From Candidatus Multivorans sp. (GTDB lineage: Bacteria > Acidobacteriota > Thermoanaerobaculia > Multivoradales > Multivoraceae): a DNA stretch of 64,000 nucleotides. The notes beneath the pieces were generated by a model. The model worked only from the letters and a program-made list of their open reading frames with translations, had not been told where the DNA came from and made no database searches. The position numbers were made by a program, and so were the translations under genes. The stretch's first letter is position 1. Every line of letters starts with the position of its first letter. The stretch spans positions 2,304,001 to 2,368,000 of the forward strand of contig OZ245033.1 in the NCBI GenBank assembly GCA_965224025.1. The letters are read 5' to 3'. This document shows, piece by piece, positions 43,061-52,464 of the stretch.

Positions 43061-43513
43061 GTGAGGCAGACTCTACGAGTCGCGCTGTTGAGTCTGCTGT
43101 TCTTTGGCGGGTTGGCGCTGCTTTCAGTGCCAGCGGTGGCTCAGGGGACGCCGGACAACATGGAATGTGAGGGCCTGGACTGCTCGGACGCAATAGCCGT
43201 CACTGACACTGACGATCCGAACGACCTCAACCATCTGGTGCCGATCTATGTTCCGCCGTACACTCCTCCGCCGCCACACCCGCTTCCGCCGGACTACCCG
43301 CCGCCTTCGGGGGATCAAGCACTAACAGCGGAAGATTGGGCCGCGATCGACGACTTGATGGGCGACCTATGCGAGGCAATCCGGAACGGTGATGACGCAG
43401 GAACGATAATCGCGGCGATCTTGGCGATCGCGAAGAAGAACGCAGTGCTGTTCGTGATAGTCAAGGGCGCTCTTGAGGTGGCGGAGGCAGGGTGCTCTCT
43501 TGCGGGGAAATGA
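43061..43513 (+). CDS. Secreted protein with Pro-rich linker and hydrophobic Cys-flanked C-terminal helices
   Basis: Signal peptide ending AVA-Q; starts immediately after the previous stop; atypical codon usage. Confidence 0.7.
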   Translation: MRQTLRVALLSLLFFGGLALLSVPAVAQGTPDNMECEGLDCSDAIAVTDTDDPNDLNHLVPIYVPPYTPPPPHPLPPDYPPPSGDQALTAEDWAAIDDLMGDLCEAIRNGDDAGTIIAAILAIAKKNAVLFVIVKGALEVAEAGCSLAGK

Positions 43514-43514
43514 G

Positions 43515-43706
43515 ATGAAGGACTTTCGAGCTGTCATCTGTTTGGTGCTTCTCGCGCTTCTCGGCGGCCATGTGTGGAGTTTGATCAAGAATGCCGAATG
43601 GGGATCGTTGGCCGTTGTTTCGGTTGTCGCCGTTGGTGGGGTACTCCTAGCGCGCAGCCGGAGCTTGGCTCGATACTCGGCGGAGCGCCGAACAGGGCCG
43701 CAATAG
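43515..43706 (+). CDS. Small two-TM membrane protein
   Basis: MKDFRAVICLVLLALLGG...WGSLAVVSVVAVGGVLLA; ATG 1 nt after the previous stop. Confidence 0.6.
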   Translation: MKDFRAVICLVLLALLGGHVWSLIKNAEWGSLAVVSVVAVGGVLLARSRSLARYSAERRTGPQ

Positions 43707-43934
43707 ACGCGGAAAAGGGATTCAGTGAAGGTCCCGTTCGAAGAGTTCTCTGTCCTGTTCCCCAGTGAAGAGCTGGTCGGGTCGCTTGAGCAGATGAACT
43801 CTGAGCTCGGGGCCTTCCCTCATCCCTTGTTCGGCGCAAGTGCCGATGAGGATGAGCCGTCGCGTGCGGCGCTTGCGTTCGGCCGCTGTTACGCGGTGCT
43901 TGGCGCGCCTGATCCTGCGGTTTCAGCTCTTCTC

Positions 43935-44200
43935 GTCGCCGACCACCTGACCCGCGAGGGCGACTACTCCCGCGATGCCTCCGCGCTCGAAGGAGAGCGG
44001 CAACACGCCTGAGTGGGCCACGGACTCGCCTCGCGACTACTGGGCCGCGGCGGACGATCATGAGCGCGCCAACGGGCGGCTGCACCGCGAGGTTCACTTC
44101 GCGCTGCCGGCCGAGCTCGGCGACGGCGAAGCAGCGCGCCTTGGCACGGCGGTTCGCGCGGGACGTGACCGGCCAGGAGTTGTTTGCCGCACACCCTGGT
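43935..44200 (+). pseudogene. MobA/MobL (RSF1010-type) relaxase N-terminal relic
   Basis: ADHLTREGDYS, then after a frameshift SGNTPEWATDSPRDYWAAADDHERANGRLHREVHFALPAEL, matching the MobA/MobL signature ERAN(G/A)R..RE...ALP.EL. Confidence 0.75.
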
Positions 44201-44371
44201 GATTCCACGAGGGAGCACCTGGGGCGACAGGCGCTGTAAGGCCTCGTGGCTGAGCGTGGCAACTGCGTCGCGCCCCGCCAGTTCGGGCTCTGGCGTACGC
44301 CGTCGCGGTTCGAGCGTCGCGCCATCAGCCTCCGCGAGCGTCAGATGGGATTCCTCGCCGCCTTTTCTTCC

Positions 44372-44689
44372 CTAACGCATCCGCGCCACCGTGGCGCCCC
44401 ATCCACCGCCGCCGGGACCGCCGCTCCTGAACGACACGACCCGCGGGTCGCGCTCCAGCACCTTGCGCACGATCTGGCGCTGGACGCCGATCCCGCGGCC
44501 ATGGATGATCCGTACCTCGCGGAACCCCTTCTCGTACGCGGCGTCGAGATAGCTCTCGACGACGTCCTTCACCTCCCGGGGCTGGAACGGATGGAGGTCG
44601 ATCTCATCGCCGATGGGCACCTCGACAACGTCGTCGGAATCGATGGCGCCGCGCCGCGCATCGGGTTCGGAGTGGTCTTCGGGTGGCAC
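44372..44689 (-). CDS. Smr/MutS2 domain protein
   Basis: EIDLH, VRIIHGRGIG, GGWGAT. Confidence 0.9.
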   Translation of the reverse strand: MPPEDHSEPDARRGAIDSDDVVEVPIGDEIDLHPFQPREVKDVVESYLDAAYEKGFREVRIIHGRGIGVQRQIVRKVLERDPRVVSFRSGGPGGGGWGATVARMR

Positions 44690-44724
44690 GCCGGCATCGT
44701 AGCGCCGCAGGCTAGACTCGGTCC

Positions 44725-45717
44725 ATGGCCGATCCGCTCACCCGACGCCCGCCACGACGGCGCGAGCCGCTGCGCGAACTCGACGCGGCGGACTTTCCGG
44801 GGTGCCGGGCGGTGTCGATTCCCGCATCGGAGATCGAGGACTACGAGGGGCGCGTCGAGTACTGGGAGGCGCGTACGGAGACGGCGATGATCGCCGAGCC
44901 GACCACGACCTATCACGAGATTCCGTCGGCGGGAGTAGTGGGTCTGGTGGAGGTGATTTCCCTGGCACGTGGCTCGAAGATCCTGGCGCTCGGTTCGGCG
45001 GACCTGGTGCTGTTCGGGGAACGAGGGGGGCGTGAGGCCCTGATGCAGCCGGACGCGATGTTCTTTCTGGACCGCCCGTGGCCACAGGAGAAAGTGATCG
45101 ACATCGACACCGGCCCGCTGCCGGATGTGGTGCTGGAAGTGGACCACACGACCGACGCGCGGCGGCGGAAGCTGGAAATCTACGCGTCGTGGGGCCTTCC
45201 CGAGGTGTGGATCGAGGTGCCGGAACCGGCGTGGCTTGCGCCGCGGAAGTCGGGTCGGCCGCGCCTTGAAATCCGCCTGCTGAAAGGAGACGGCTACGTC
45301 GAGTCGGCGAGTAGCCGGACATTCCCGGGGTGGACGGCGGCGGAGATCCACCGAGCGCTGAACGAAGAGGTGCGTTCGGCGGACACGGCGGCGGCGCTCC
45401 GGCGGGTGGGCCGGCGGATGGGCCGGATGGCTGGAACCGGTCCGGACGACGACCTTTTCCTCGGCGCCGAGCGGGCCGAGAGCCGGGAGGAGGGTCACGC
45501 CGAGGGTCGTGCCGAGGGTCGAACAGTCGGACGCCTGGACGCGACGCGGTGTCTCGTCCGGCAGACGCTCGAAGCGCGCGGCGTCCCGGTGACCGACAGC
45601 ATCGAGGATTGGCTTGCCGGACTCGAGACAGTTCCCTCTGCCGCGTCTCTGATGGCGGCGGCCGTTGGCTGCCAGGATGCGGACGACTTCCTCCGCCGGG
45701 TGCTCAGAACAGCTTGA
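44725..45717 (+). CDS. Uma2 family endonuclease
   Basis: QPDAMF, PDVVLEVDHTT, KLEIYASWGLPEVW; EG(R/H)AEG repeats at the C-terminus. Confidence 0.85.
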   Translation: MADPLTRRPPRRREPLRELDAADFPGCRAVSIPASEIEDYEGRVEYWEARTETAMIAEPTTTYHEIPSAGVVGLVEVISLARGSKILALGSADLVLFGERGGREALMQPDAMFFLDRPWPQEKVIDIDTGPLPDVVLEVDHTTDARRRKLEIYASWGLPEVWIEVPEPAWLAPRKSGRPRLEIRLLKGDGYVESASSRTFPGWTAAEIHRALNEEVRSADTAAALRRVGRRMGRMAGTGPDDDLFLGAERAESREEGHAEGRAEGRTVGRLDATRCLVRQTLEARGVPVTDSIEDWLAGLETVPSAASLMAAAVGCQDADDFLRRVLRTA

Positions 45718-48703
45718 GCACCGCGATGAAGGCGCTCCAGCCGTCGTCCGGTCCGGCGAGCGCGGTGCCCACGTCCATGTTGACCACCGTGCCCCAGGGG
45801 CCGATGAAGGTGCCGACGATGCCGGCGCCGGCGAGCAGCTCGTTGTCCAGGCCGGAGGCCATGTCCGTCGCCCAGGCGGCGTCGCCGACCAGGTCGATGC
45901 GGAAGAGCTGGCCGAGTTCGAAGCCGTAGCTCAGGTGCGCCGCCGCCGCCCGTTCCGCGCGCACCTTGTCGCTCTGGTAGCCGTGGACGGTGACGTCCGA
46001 GAAGAACCCGAACTCGTACTTGCTGAAGCGGTCCAGGTCGGCGCCGTCCACGTACTCGAAGGACAGGCCGACCTTCTGGAACTTCGGCAGGTGCCAGGTC
46101 TTGGCGACGCCCGCGTTCCAGAGAGTGTAGGTGTCCGGGGTCACGTTGGCGGCGTCGAAACCCCAGGGCTCCCAGCCGCCTCGCAGGTTCCAGGTGCCGC
46201 CGAGCACCAACCGGTAGCCGGAACGCGTGTAGCGGAGGGTGGTTCCCAGGCTGTGACTCAGGTGATCCGCCGGCAGAACGAAGTCCTCACCGGTCTCGTC
46301 GGCCCGCTGGAAGTTGTTCCAGGACAACTCGTAGCGGAAGTCGAGCTTGGTGTAGCTGCCGAGCGGCCGGCCGAGGCTGAAGTCCATGTTCGGGCGCAGC
46401 CGTTCCACGTTCTCCCGAGGCGACTCCCGGCCGTCGCGGTAGAGGGTGTCCTGGCCCGCGAAGGCGAGCGCGAAGATGTCGACGCCGGCATCCCACCGCG
46501 AGCCGAACAGGCTCGGGTTCGCGATGTTGGCGAGGATCAGCGGACCGGCGATGAACAGGTCGGCCTGCATTCCCGTTCCCCGCCAGTCGAAGGCGAGCCA
46601 GTTCACGCCGCCCAGCGGCAGGGGACCATCCTGGGCCTCGTCGTAGAAAGCGCCGCCGACGATGAACATGCGGGTCTTGTCGTCCTCCTTGACCACCCGT
46701 TCGCCGGTCTCGTTGTCGACGGCCAGGTAGCGAAGCCCCACCTCGGTGTCGCGCACCATCGTCGCTTCGGAGGCCAGGACCGCCTGCCGGCGGGTTTCGA
46801 AGTCGCCGGGATTGATCCGGATGCCGGTGAGTTCGGTCAACCCCTCGACGACCGTGGTCGCGTTCAGCAGCGAGAACAGCCGCTGGCTGACGACGCGGGC
46901 CGGCAGCCAGTACGAGGACCGCTCCCACGCCGCCGGGTCGCCTTCCTCGTCGACCGGTGTGTAGACCGTCGTTTCGTCGTTTGAGAGAACATCGCCGGTC
47001 AGCCCGAGCTGGATCGCGCGGGTCTTCACCCGGGCGTAGATCTCGCGGTCCACCCATACCGTGCCGCGGAACAGGCTGCGGCCCTCGGCCAGCGCCGCCG
47101 CCGGCTCGAAATCCACGACCCAGGTGTCCCGGCCCTCGACGGTCGCGGTGCCCCGCAGCCGGTAGCGGTACTCCTTCGTGAAGGTGATCGCGGCCGGCAT
47201 CGCGGCCGCCTTTTCCGGCTGGATCAGGGGGATCTCGGGGATCTTCTTGCGCCGCCAGCGGATGCCGTTGACGAAGAAGTTGTCCCAGGCCCAGTCGAAA
47301 CCGGCCTTGCATTGAGCAGGTCTCTTCCCGTGCGTCAGCGCCGCGCAGACGCCGCGACTTGACTCCTGGCGGAAGAAGAAGGGGCCCTGGAAGGTCACGT
47401 CGACCGTCTGGATGCCGGTGCCGAGTTGGAAGCGCAGGGAGGTCGTGTTCGTGGCGCTGTAGTTCGCGATCCGTCTGGACTGATCGTCCTCGAAGGCCTG
47501 CAGCCGCCTCAGGATCTCGCCGACCGGCACCTGCCGGGTGTCGGCAACGGTCAATGCCTCCTCGATGCTCTCCGCCCCGTCGAGGCCAACCGCCAAGTCG
47601 CGCTCGAGCCGGAAGACGAAGGGACCGTCCGTTTCGGCCAGTTCGAGTTGATAGCCGCTTCGGGTGCGCCGGCCGCCGAAGAGCAGGTCGGTTTCGCCGG
47701 TCGCGAGGTCGAAGCGAGCGGCCGAGCCGAGCTGCCGGTCGCTGAAACTGAGCGTGACCGGCGCGCCTTCTGCCGGCGGCGACACGACGATCCGCAGGCT
47801 CAGGTCCTCGCCGTGGACGAAGCTCCAGGCCGTGGCACCCGAGGGCGTCGAGTAGGGATCGAAGGCGACGTCCCCCGAGAATTCCCGAGCGACCAGGCGG
47901 GCGGCTCGAACCGCCGCCGCGTCGCCGTCCCCGTCGCCGGGGAGTGGAAACAGGGACAGGGTGGCGCCGGCCTCCGCCTCCGCCGCGGCGCGCACGAGCA
48001 GGTCGCCGCCGGCGTCCGCGGCCGCGGTCGGCTCGCGCTCCACCGCCATCAGGGCGTCCGGATCGAGGTCGCGGAGCAATCGCCTGAGTGCGGCCAGGTC
48101 GATCTCGCCGGCCGCTCCGTCGACGCTGAACGAGACGCCGTCAAGATAGGCGTCGAGTTCCTGCCCGTAGAGGCTGCGAATCAAACCGTCATCGGCGGGA
48201 AACGACTGGGAGACGACGAGGGCATCGGGCTGTGCGCCGGAGACCGCCACCGCGGCCCGCTTCAGGGCGAGGGCGTACTCCTGGACTTGTAGGGGTTCGT
48301 CCTGAATCTCCACTGGCCAGATGATCTGGAAGAAGGCGCCGGGCGACGCCGTCCGCGCGAGGTCGGCGAGCCGCTCCAGCTCCGTCGCCAGTTCGTCGCC
48401 GCGGCCGGCCGCCGGCGGGGGCTCGGCGAAGCGAACCGCGTACCACGGCACGGCGCCGCTGTCGCGCAGCCGCGACGCCGCCTCGACCGCCGCGCCGACC
48501 TCGGCCTCATCCGCGAGGTCGACGGGCCACTTGACCACGAGCAGCGCCTCCTCCGGCAGCTCCGGCAAGGTGCCCAGGATCTCTGCCGCCCCCGCGGGGT
48601 CCTCCGTGGCCAGACCGACGCAGGGATTGCACGGCAACTGCCCGGCCGCTGGCAGAGCGCCAGCAAGCAGGAAGACTGAGGCAAGCAGGGGTCGCTTCAT
48701 CAT
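45704..48703 (-). CDS. Large exported/outer-membrane protein (N-terminal TIM-barrel-like region, central LolA/RseB-like region, C-terminal beta-barrel)
   Basis: Signal peptide; YRYRLRGTATVEGRDTWVVDFEP; amphipathic beta-strand C-terminus ending in F. Confidence 0.75.
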   Translation of the reverse strand: MMKRPLLASVFLLAGALPAAGQLPCNPCVGLATEDPAGAAEILGTLPELPEEALLVVKWPVDLADEAEVGAAVEAASRLRDSGAVPWYAVRFAEPPPAAGRGDELATELERLADLARTASPGAFFQIIWPVEIQDEPLQVQEYALALKRAAVAVSGAQPDALVVSQSFPADDGLIRSLYGQELDAYLDGVSFSVDGAAGEIDLAALRRLLRDLDPDALMAVEREPTAAADAGGDLLVRAAAEAEAGATLSLFPLPGDGDGDAAAVRAARLVAREFSGDVAFDPYSTPSGATAWSFVHGEDLSLRIVVSPPAEGAPVTLSFSDRQLGSAARFDLATGETDLLFGGRRTRSGYQLELAETDGPFVFRLERDLAVGLDGAESIEEALTVADTRQVPVGEILRRLQAFEDDQSRRIANYSATNTTSLRFQLGTGIQTVDVTFQGPFFFRQESSRGVCAALTHGKRPAQCKAGFDWAWDNFFVNGIRWRRKKIPEIPLIQPEKAAAMPAAITFTKEYRYRLRGTATVEGRDTWVVDFEPAAALAEGRSLFRGTVWVDREIYARVKTRAIQLGLTGDVLSNDETTVYTPVDEEGDPAAWERSSYWLPARVVSQRLFSLLNATTVVEGLTELTGIRINPGDFETRRQAVLASEATMVRDTEVGLRYLAVDNETGERVVKEDDKTRMFIVGGAFYDEAQDGPLPLGGVNWLAFDWRGTGMQADLFIAGPLILANIANPSLFGSRWDAGVDIFALAFAGQDTLYRDGRESPRENVERLRPNMDFSLGRPLGSYTKLDFRYELSWNNFQRADETGEDFVLPADHLSHSLGTTLRYTRSGYRLVLGGTWNLRGGWEPWGFDAANVTPDTYTLWNAGVAKTWHLPKFQKVGLSFEYVDGADLDRFSKYEFGFFSDVTVHGYQSDKVRAERAAAAHLSYGFELGQLFRIDLVGDAAWATDMASGLDNELLAGAGIVGTFIGPWGTVVNMDVGTALAGPDDGWSAFIAVLKLF

Positions 48704-48820
48704 TTCTCTCTGAGTTCCTCCAGCCCGGTGTCGGACCTTAGCCCGGATAACACCCTGAAGCGGCTCAGATTCCCGGTTCGCGGAGAGTGTCGGTCTACGT
48801 TTGCCTCGTGTACCAGCGCT

Positions 48821-49066
48821 CTCGGCACCGCCGTCCAGCCCAGTCGGGGAAAGAAGAATGGGCTGAGTAGCGGGACTGACCCGGATGCCGCCCGCGGCGG
48901 ATGCGGACCAGAAGGTCCGCGCACCCAGAGAACGGCCTCAGGTGTGGCGGAGTTCTCTACATGCAGATGAGATGACATCGCTCAGGCGCTGCGGACCAGA
49001 GGGAATCACCCAGAGGCAGGTCGGTGCCTGGCCTTGCACTCGGCACCGCCGTCCAGCCCAGTCGGG
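48821..49066. repeat. Perfect 28-bp direct repeat (48821-48848, 49039-49066) enclosing a family-A variant hairpin
   Basis: ctcggcaccgccgtccagcccagtcggg twice; hairpin gcggacc-aga-aggtccgc at 48903-48920. Confidence 0.85.
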
Positions 49067-49224
49067 TCAGGAGGGGTCTGCTCCCAGGTGCCTCTGAACG
49101 AGCGACGCCCGACGACATCGCACTCACCGACGCCCAACCGGAGCGAGTGAAGCGGAGTGAGCGCCACCCCTTCCCATCTCCTCTCAAGCGCTCACGTCAC
49201 CTGGGAGCTGACCCCTCCTGACCC
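49064..49224. mobile_element. MITE/REPIN-like element with 27-bp terminal inverted repeats
   Basis: gggtcaggaggggtctgctcccaggtg (49064-49090) versus cacctgggagctgacccctcctgaccc (49198-49224), 1 mismatch. Confidence 0.7.
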
Positions 49225-49277
49225 CAAGACGGGCGGGTGCGTCCTCCGCCGCCGCCGTCCTCCGCCTCCGCCGCCGG

Positions 49278-50345
49278 CTAGCCGGCGGCCGCCGTCTGCT
49301 CGCCGGACTCGGCGGCGGCGACGATCGCCGGCAGGCCCATCTCGGAGCGGAGGTGCGCCTCGATCTCGTCGGCCAGGTCCGGGTTGTCGCGGAGGAACCG
49401 CTTCGCGTTCTCGCGGCCCTGGCCAAGCCTCACGTCGCCGGCCGAGAACCAGGCGCCGCTCTTCATGACCCGCTTGTGCTGGATGCCTAGGTCGATCAGC
49501 TCACCGACGCGGGAGATGCCCTCGCCGTAGTCGATGTCGAACTCGGCGAGCCGGAAGGGGGGCGCGACCTTGTTCTTGACCACCTTGATCCGCACCCGCG
49601 AGCCAACCACCTGGTCGCCGTCCTTGAGCGCGCCGATGCGGCGGATGTCGATGCGGACGGAAGAGTAGAACTTGAGCGCCCGGCCGCCCGTCGTCGTCTC
49701 GGGCGAGCCGAACATGACGCCGATCTTCTCGCGGATCTGGTTGATGAACACCACCGTCGTCCGCGACTTGGCGATGATGGCGGTCAGCTTCCGCAGCGCC
49801 TGGGACATGAGACGGGCCTGGAGGCCGACATGGGAGTCCCCCATCTCGCCTTCCAGTTCGGCGCGCGGCACCAGGGCGGCGACCGAGTCGATCACGACGA
49901 TGTCGAGCGCGTTCGAACGCACCAGCATCTCGGCGATCTCGAGCGCCTGCTCGCCGCTGTCGGGCTGGGAGACCAGGAGGTCGTCGATGTTGACGCCGAT
50001 CTTCTCGGCGTACTCGGCGTCCAGCGCGTGCTCCGCGTCGATGAATGCCGCGGCGCCGCCGGTGCGCTGGGCCTGTCCGACGACCGACAGGGCCAGGGTC
50101 GTCTTGCCGCTCGATTCCGGACCGTAGACCTCGACGACGCGGCCGCGGGGGAAGCCGCCGGTGCCGATGGCGTGGTCGACGGCCAGCGAACCGGTCGAGA
50201 TCGATTCGACGCCGAGGTTCTCCTGTTCGCCGAGGCGCATGATCGCGCCTTTTCCGAACTGACGTTCGATCTGGGTGAGCGCGCCCGCGATGCCTTCCTC
50301 GCGGCCGACTTGCTGCTTGCGCGCATTCGCGCGGGTGGGGGTCAT
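49278..50345 (-). CDS. recA: Recombinase RecA
   Basis: [44 protein letters not shown]. Confidence 0.99.
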   Translation of the reverse strand: MTPTRANARKQQVGREEGIAGALTQIERQFGKGAIMRLGEQENLGVESISTGSLAVDHAIGTGGFPRGRVVEVYGPESSGKTTLALSVVGQAQRTGGAAAFIDAEHALDAEYAEKIGVNIDDLLVSQPDSGEQALEIAEMLVRSNALDIVVIDSVAALVPRAELEGEMGDSHVGLQARLMSQALRKLTAIIAKSRTTVVFINQIREKIGVMFGSPETTTGGRALKFYSSVRIDIRRIGALKDGDQVVGSRVRIKVVKNKVAPPFRLAEFDIDYGEGISRVGELIDLGIQHKRVMKSGAWFSAGDVRLGQGRENAKRFLRDNPDLADEIEAHLRSEMGLPAIVAAAESGEQTAAAG

Positions 50346-50581
50346 GGGTTTCTTGTTCCTCTTGTGTGGCTATCGGCGCGTTGGCGGTGTTCGGGGGTGG
50401 AAGTTCGGGCGTGATCGGCGGCCTTCGAGGGGGCGGCGACGCGCTCCCGGCGGCGTCGCCGAAGGCTGTGCGTGGCTATACTTCCGCGCGACCGATGCGG
50501 CGGTCCCCTGGATCGTCAGACGGTTGAACGGAAGGCGGGACCTGGCCGCTGCGGACGCTCGGCGACGTGGCGTAGAACAAC

Positions 50582-51592
50582 GTGACAGCCGACATCGACA
50601 AGGGCGCAGTCAGCGTATTGCAGCCCCCCTTGGGCGTCAACCGCGAGGCTCGGGACCGGCTCTCTGCGACCCCCGGCGTCCATGTCCGCGAGGCGGTTCC
50701 GCTGGCCTCGGTGACGACGCTGCGGATCGGCGGTGCAGCGGATCTCTTCGTCCGGGTCGAGTCCGAAACGGCCCTTGCGGCGGTGATGACCGTGGCCCGC
50801 GAGTGTGCGGTCCCGCTTCACCTGCACGGTCACGGTTCGAACGTCCTGTTCCCGGACAGGGGCATTCGCGGCCTCGTCTGCCGGTTGCGAGGCGAGCTCG
50901 AACTCGTCGAAGTGGAGGGCGAAATGGTGCGGGCCGGCGCCGGAGTCACGCTTGCCAGACTGGCGCGGGACACGGCGAAGCAGGGTCTGCTCGGGCTCGA
51001 GGCCCTGTCCGGTTTTCCCTCGACCGTGGGAGGCGCCGTGGTGATGAACGCCGGGTGCTACGGCACGGAGATCGGAGACGTCCTCACCGAGGTTCGCGTG
51101 GCGCGGCCGGCGCGGCCGGTCGAGGCCGTGCCGGTCGCCCGGCTCGATCCCGGCTACCGGACCACGAACCTGCAGGGGACCGACGCGGTCATAACGGGAG
51201 CGGAGTTCCGGCTCCGGAGCGGGGACGGCGCCGCGGCGCTCAAGCGGATCAACGAGTTGAACAAGCGGCGGTGGCAGAGCCTGCCGTCCGGCAAGCCGAA
51301 TGCCGGTTCCGTGTTCCGCAATCCCCAGGACGATTTCGCCGGCCGGCTGATCGAAGCCTGCGGTCTGAAGGGCCTGCGCCGTGGCGGCGCCGAGATCAGT
51401 CAGCGCCATGCGAACGTGATCGTCAACCGGGAGAAGGCGCGCGCCGCCGACGTACTCGATCTGATGGTGGCCGCGCACCGGGCGGTTCGAGACCGGTTCG
51501 GCGTCGAACTGCGGCCCGAGATCGTGCTGGCCGGCGGTCTGGCCGAGGAGTTCTGGGACCGCGCTAGGAACTTGCGCGGTAGAACGATCTGA
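50582..51592 (+). CDS. murB: UDP-N-acetylmuramate dehydrogenase
   Basis: TTLRIGGAA, GSNVL, GGAVVMNAG, AGSVFRNP, HANVIVN. Confidence 0.95.
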   Translation: MTADIDKGAVSVLQPPLGVNREARDRLSATPGVHVREAVPLASVTTLRIGGAADLFVRVESETALAAVMTVARECAVPLHLHGHGSNVLFPDRGIRGLVCRLRGELELVEVEGEMVRAGAGVTLARLARDTAKQGLLGLEALSGFPSTVGGAVVMNAGCYGTEIGDVLTEVRVARPARPVEAVPVARLDPGYRTTNLQGTDAVITGAEFRLRSGDGAAALKRINELNKRRWQSLPSGKPNAGSVFRNPQDDFAGRLIEACGLKGLRRGGAEISQRHANVIVNREKARAADVLDLMVAAHRAVRDRFGVELRPEIVLAGGLAEEFWDRARNLRGRTI

Positions 51593-51593
51593 C

Positions 51594-51638
51594 CTGGGAA
51601 CGCGGTCATCCTGCCCGCATCCGGCGCGGAGCGCCGGC
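51594..51638 (+). repeat. Dispersed REP-like hairpin, family A
   Basis: ctgggaacgcggtcatcctgcccgcatccggcgcggagcgccggc. Confidence 0.85.
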
Positions 51639-51741
51639 CTCCGGTCGTTCTTCCGCGCCCGTTCCGGGTGATACAGGCTATCCTCAGAGGTCCACGCGAA
51701 CCGAAGGCCAGACGAGGCTGATGGAAGGGAAGGGAGAGACG

Positions 51742-52308
51742 ATGAAGGGGACTTTGAATCGGACATCGTGGCGGCGACCGGAAGTGGTCGTGGCGTTTGT
51801 TGCGGCCATCGCGCTGCTCGCCCTCGCCTGCGGCGGCGGGGGCGGTGTGGCCGAGACCCGCGCCGGCTTTATCGCGCAGTTGCAGTCGTTCACGGTTCAG
51901 GCACCGGCTGCCGAGGAGGCGATGGCATCCGAGGAGGCCGAAGCCGAAGCCGAAGCCGAAGCCGAAGCCGAAGCCGAAGCCGATACAGACGCCGAAGCGG
52001 AAGGCGACATGCCGGCCGAGCCCGCCATGGTGAGTGTCATGCTCGACATTCTGGTTCACAACGAGGGCTCCGGAACGCTCGACGGCGTCACGGTCGACCT
52101 CACGATCGCCGACCCGGACGGCGGAGAGAAGGAACGCCGGCTGCTCTGGATCGAGACCGCCGGGCTCACCAAGGGCTCCCAGACACAGGTCGTCTACGAC
52201 CTGAACGATGTCGCCTATAGCGAGGGCGACGGCTTCCACGTCGAGGTCCGCCACCCGATCCCGATGGAAGAGCGCGGCGACTACCGCGAGTTCGACGCCG
52301 AAGACTGA
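51742..52308 (+). CDS. Hypothetical lipoprotein with Glu-Ala repeat linker
   Basis: Lipobox LALAC-GG; (GCCGAA)7 at 51937-51978. Confidence 0.8.
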   Translation: MKGTLNRTSWRRPEVVVAFVAAIALLALACGGGGGVAETRAGFIAQLQSFTVQAPAAEEAMASEEAEAEAEAEAEAEAEADTDAEAEGDMPAEPAMVSVMLDILVHNEGSGTLDGVTVDLTIADPDGGEKERRLLWIETAGLTKGSQTQVVYDLNDVAYSEGDGFHVEVRHPIPMEERGDYREFDAED

Positions 52309-52464
52309 GCCGGCTTGGCTATAGCTATCTAGCTAAGCTAGCTACCGATCGGGCGAGCTTGTCGAGAGCCTGGATTCGGGCATCTTCTCGGCTGACGTGG
52401 GCTGCGAGGAGGCCGAACAGGGCAAGGGGTACATTTTGGGGAGGCCGCCTACAGCATTCCGTGG

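Noticed and set aside
44220-44370. Possible ECF sigma factor C-terminal relic on the minus strand (GGEESHLTL...HEALQRL)
   Set aside because: Too short and degenerate to support without a search.
44725-45717. Uma2 nuclease + Smr protein as a defence pair
   Set aside because: Divergently oriented and both are common standalone genes; no evidence of functional linkage.
47941-47951. Third GGAGTGGAAAC match
   Set aside because: Lies inside a coding region (LFPLP) and is shorter; likely chance.
50389-50406. Possible LexA box (GTTC-N7-GTTC type) upstream of recA
   Set aside because: The two GTTC units are 10 nt apart, not 7.
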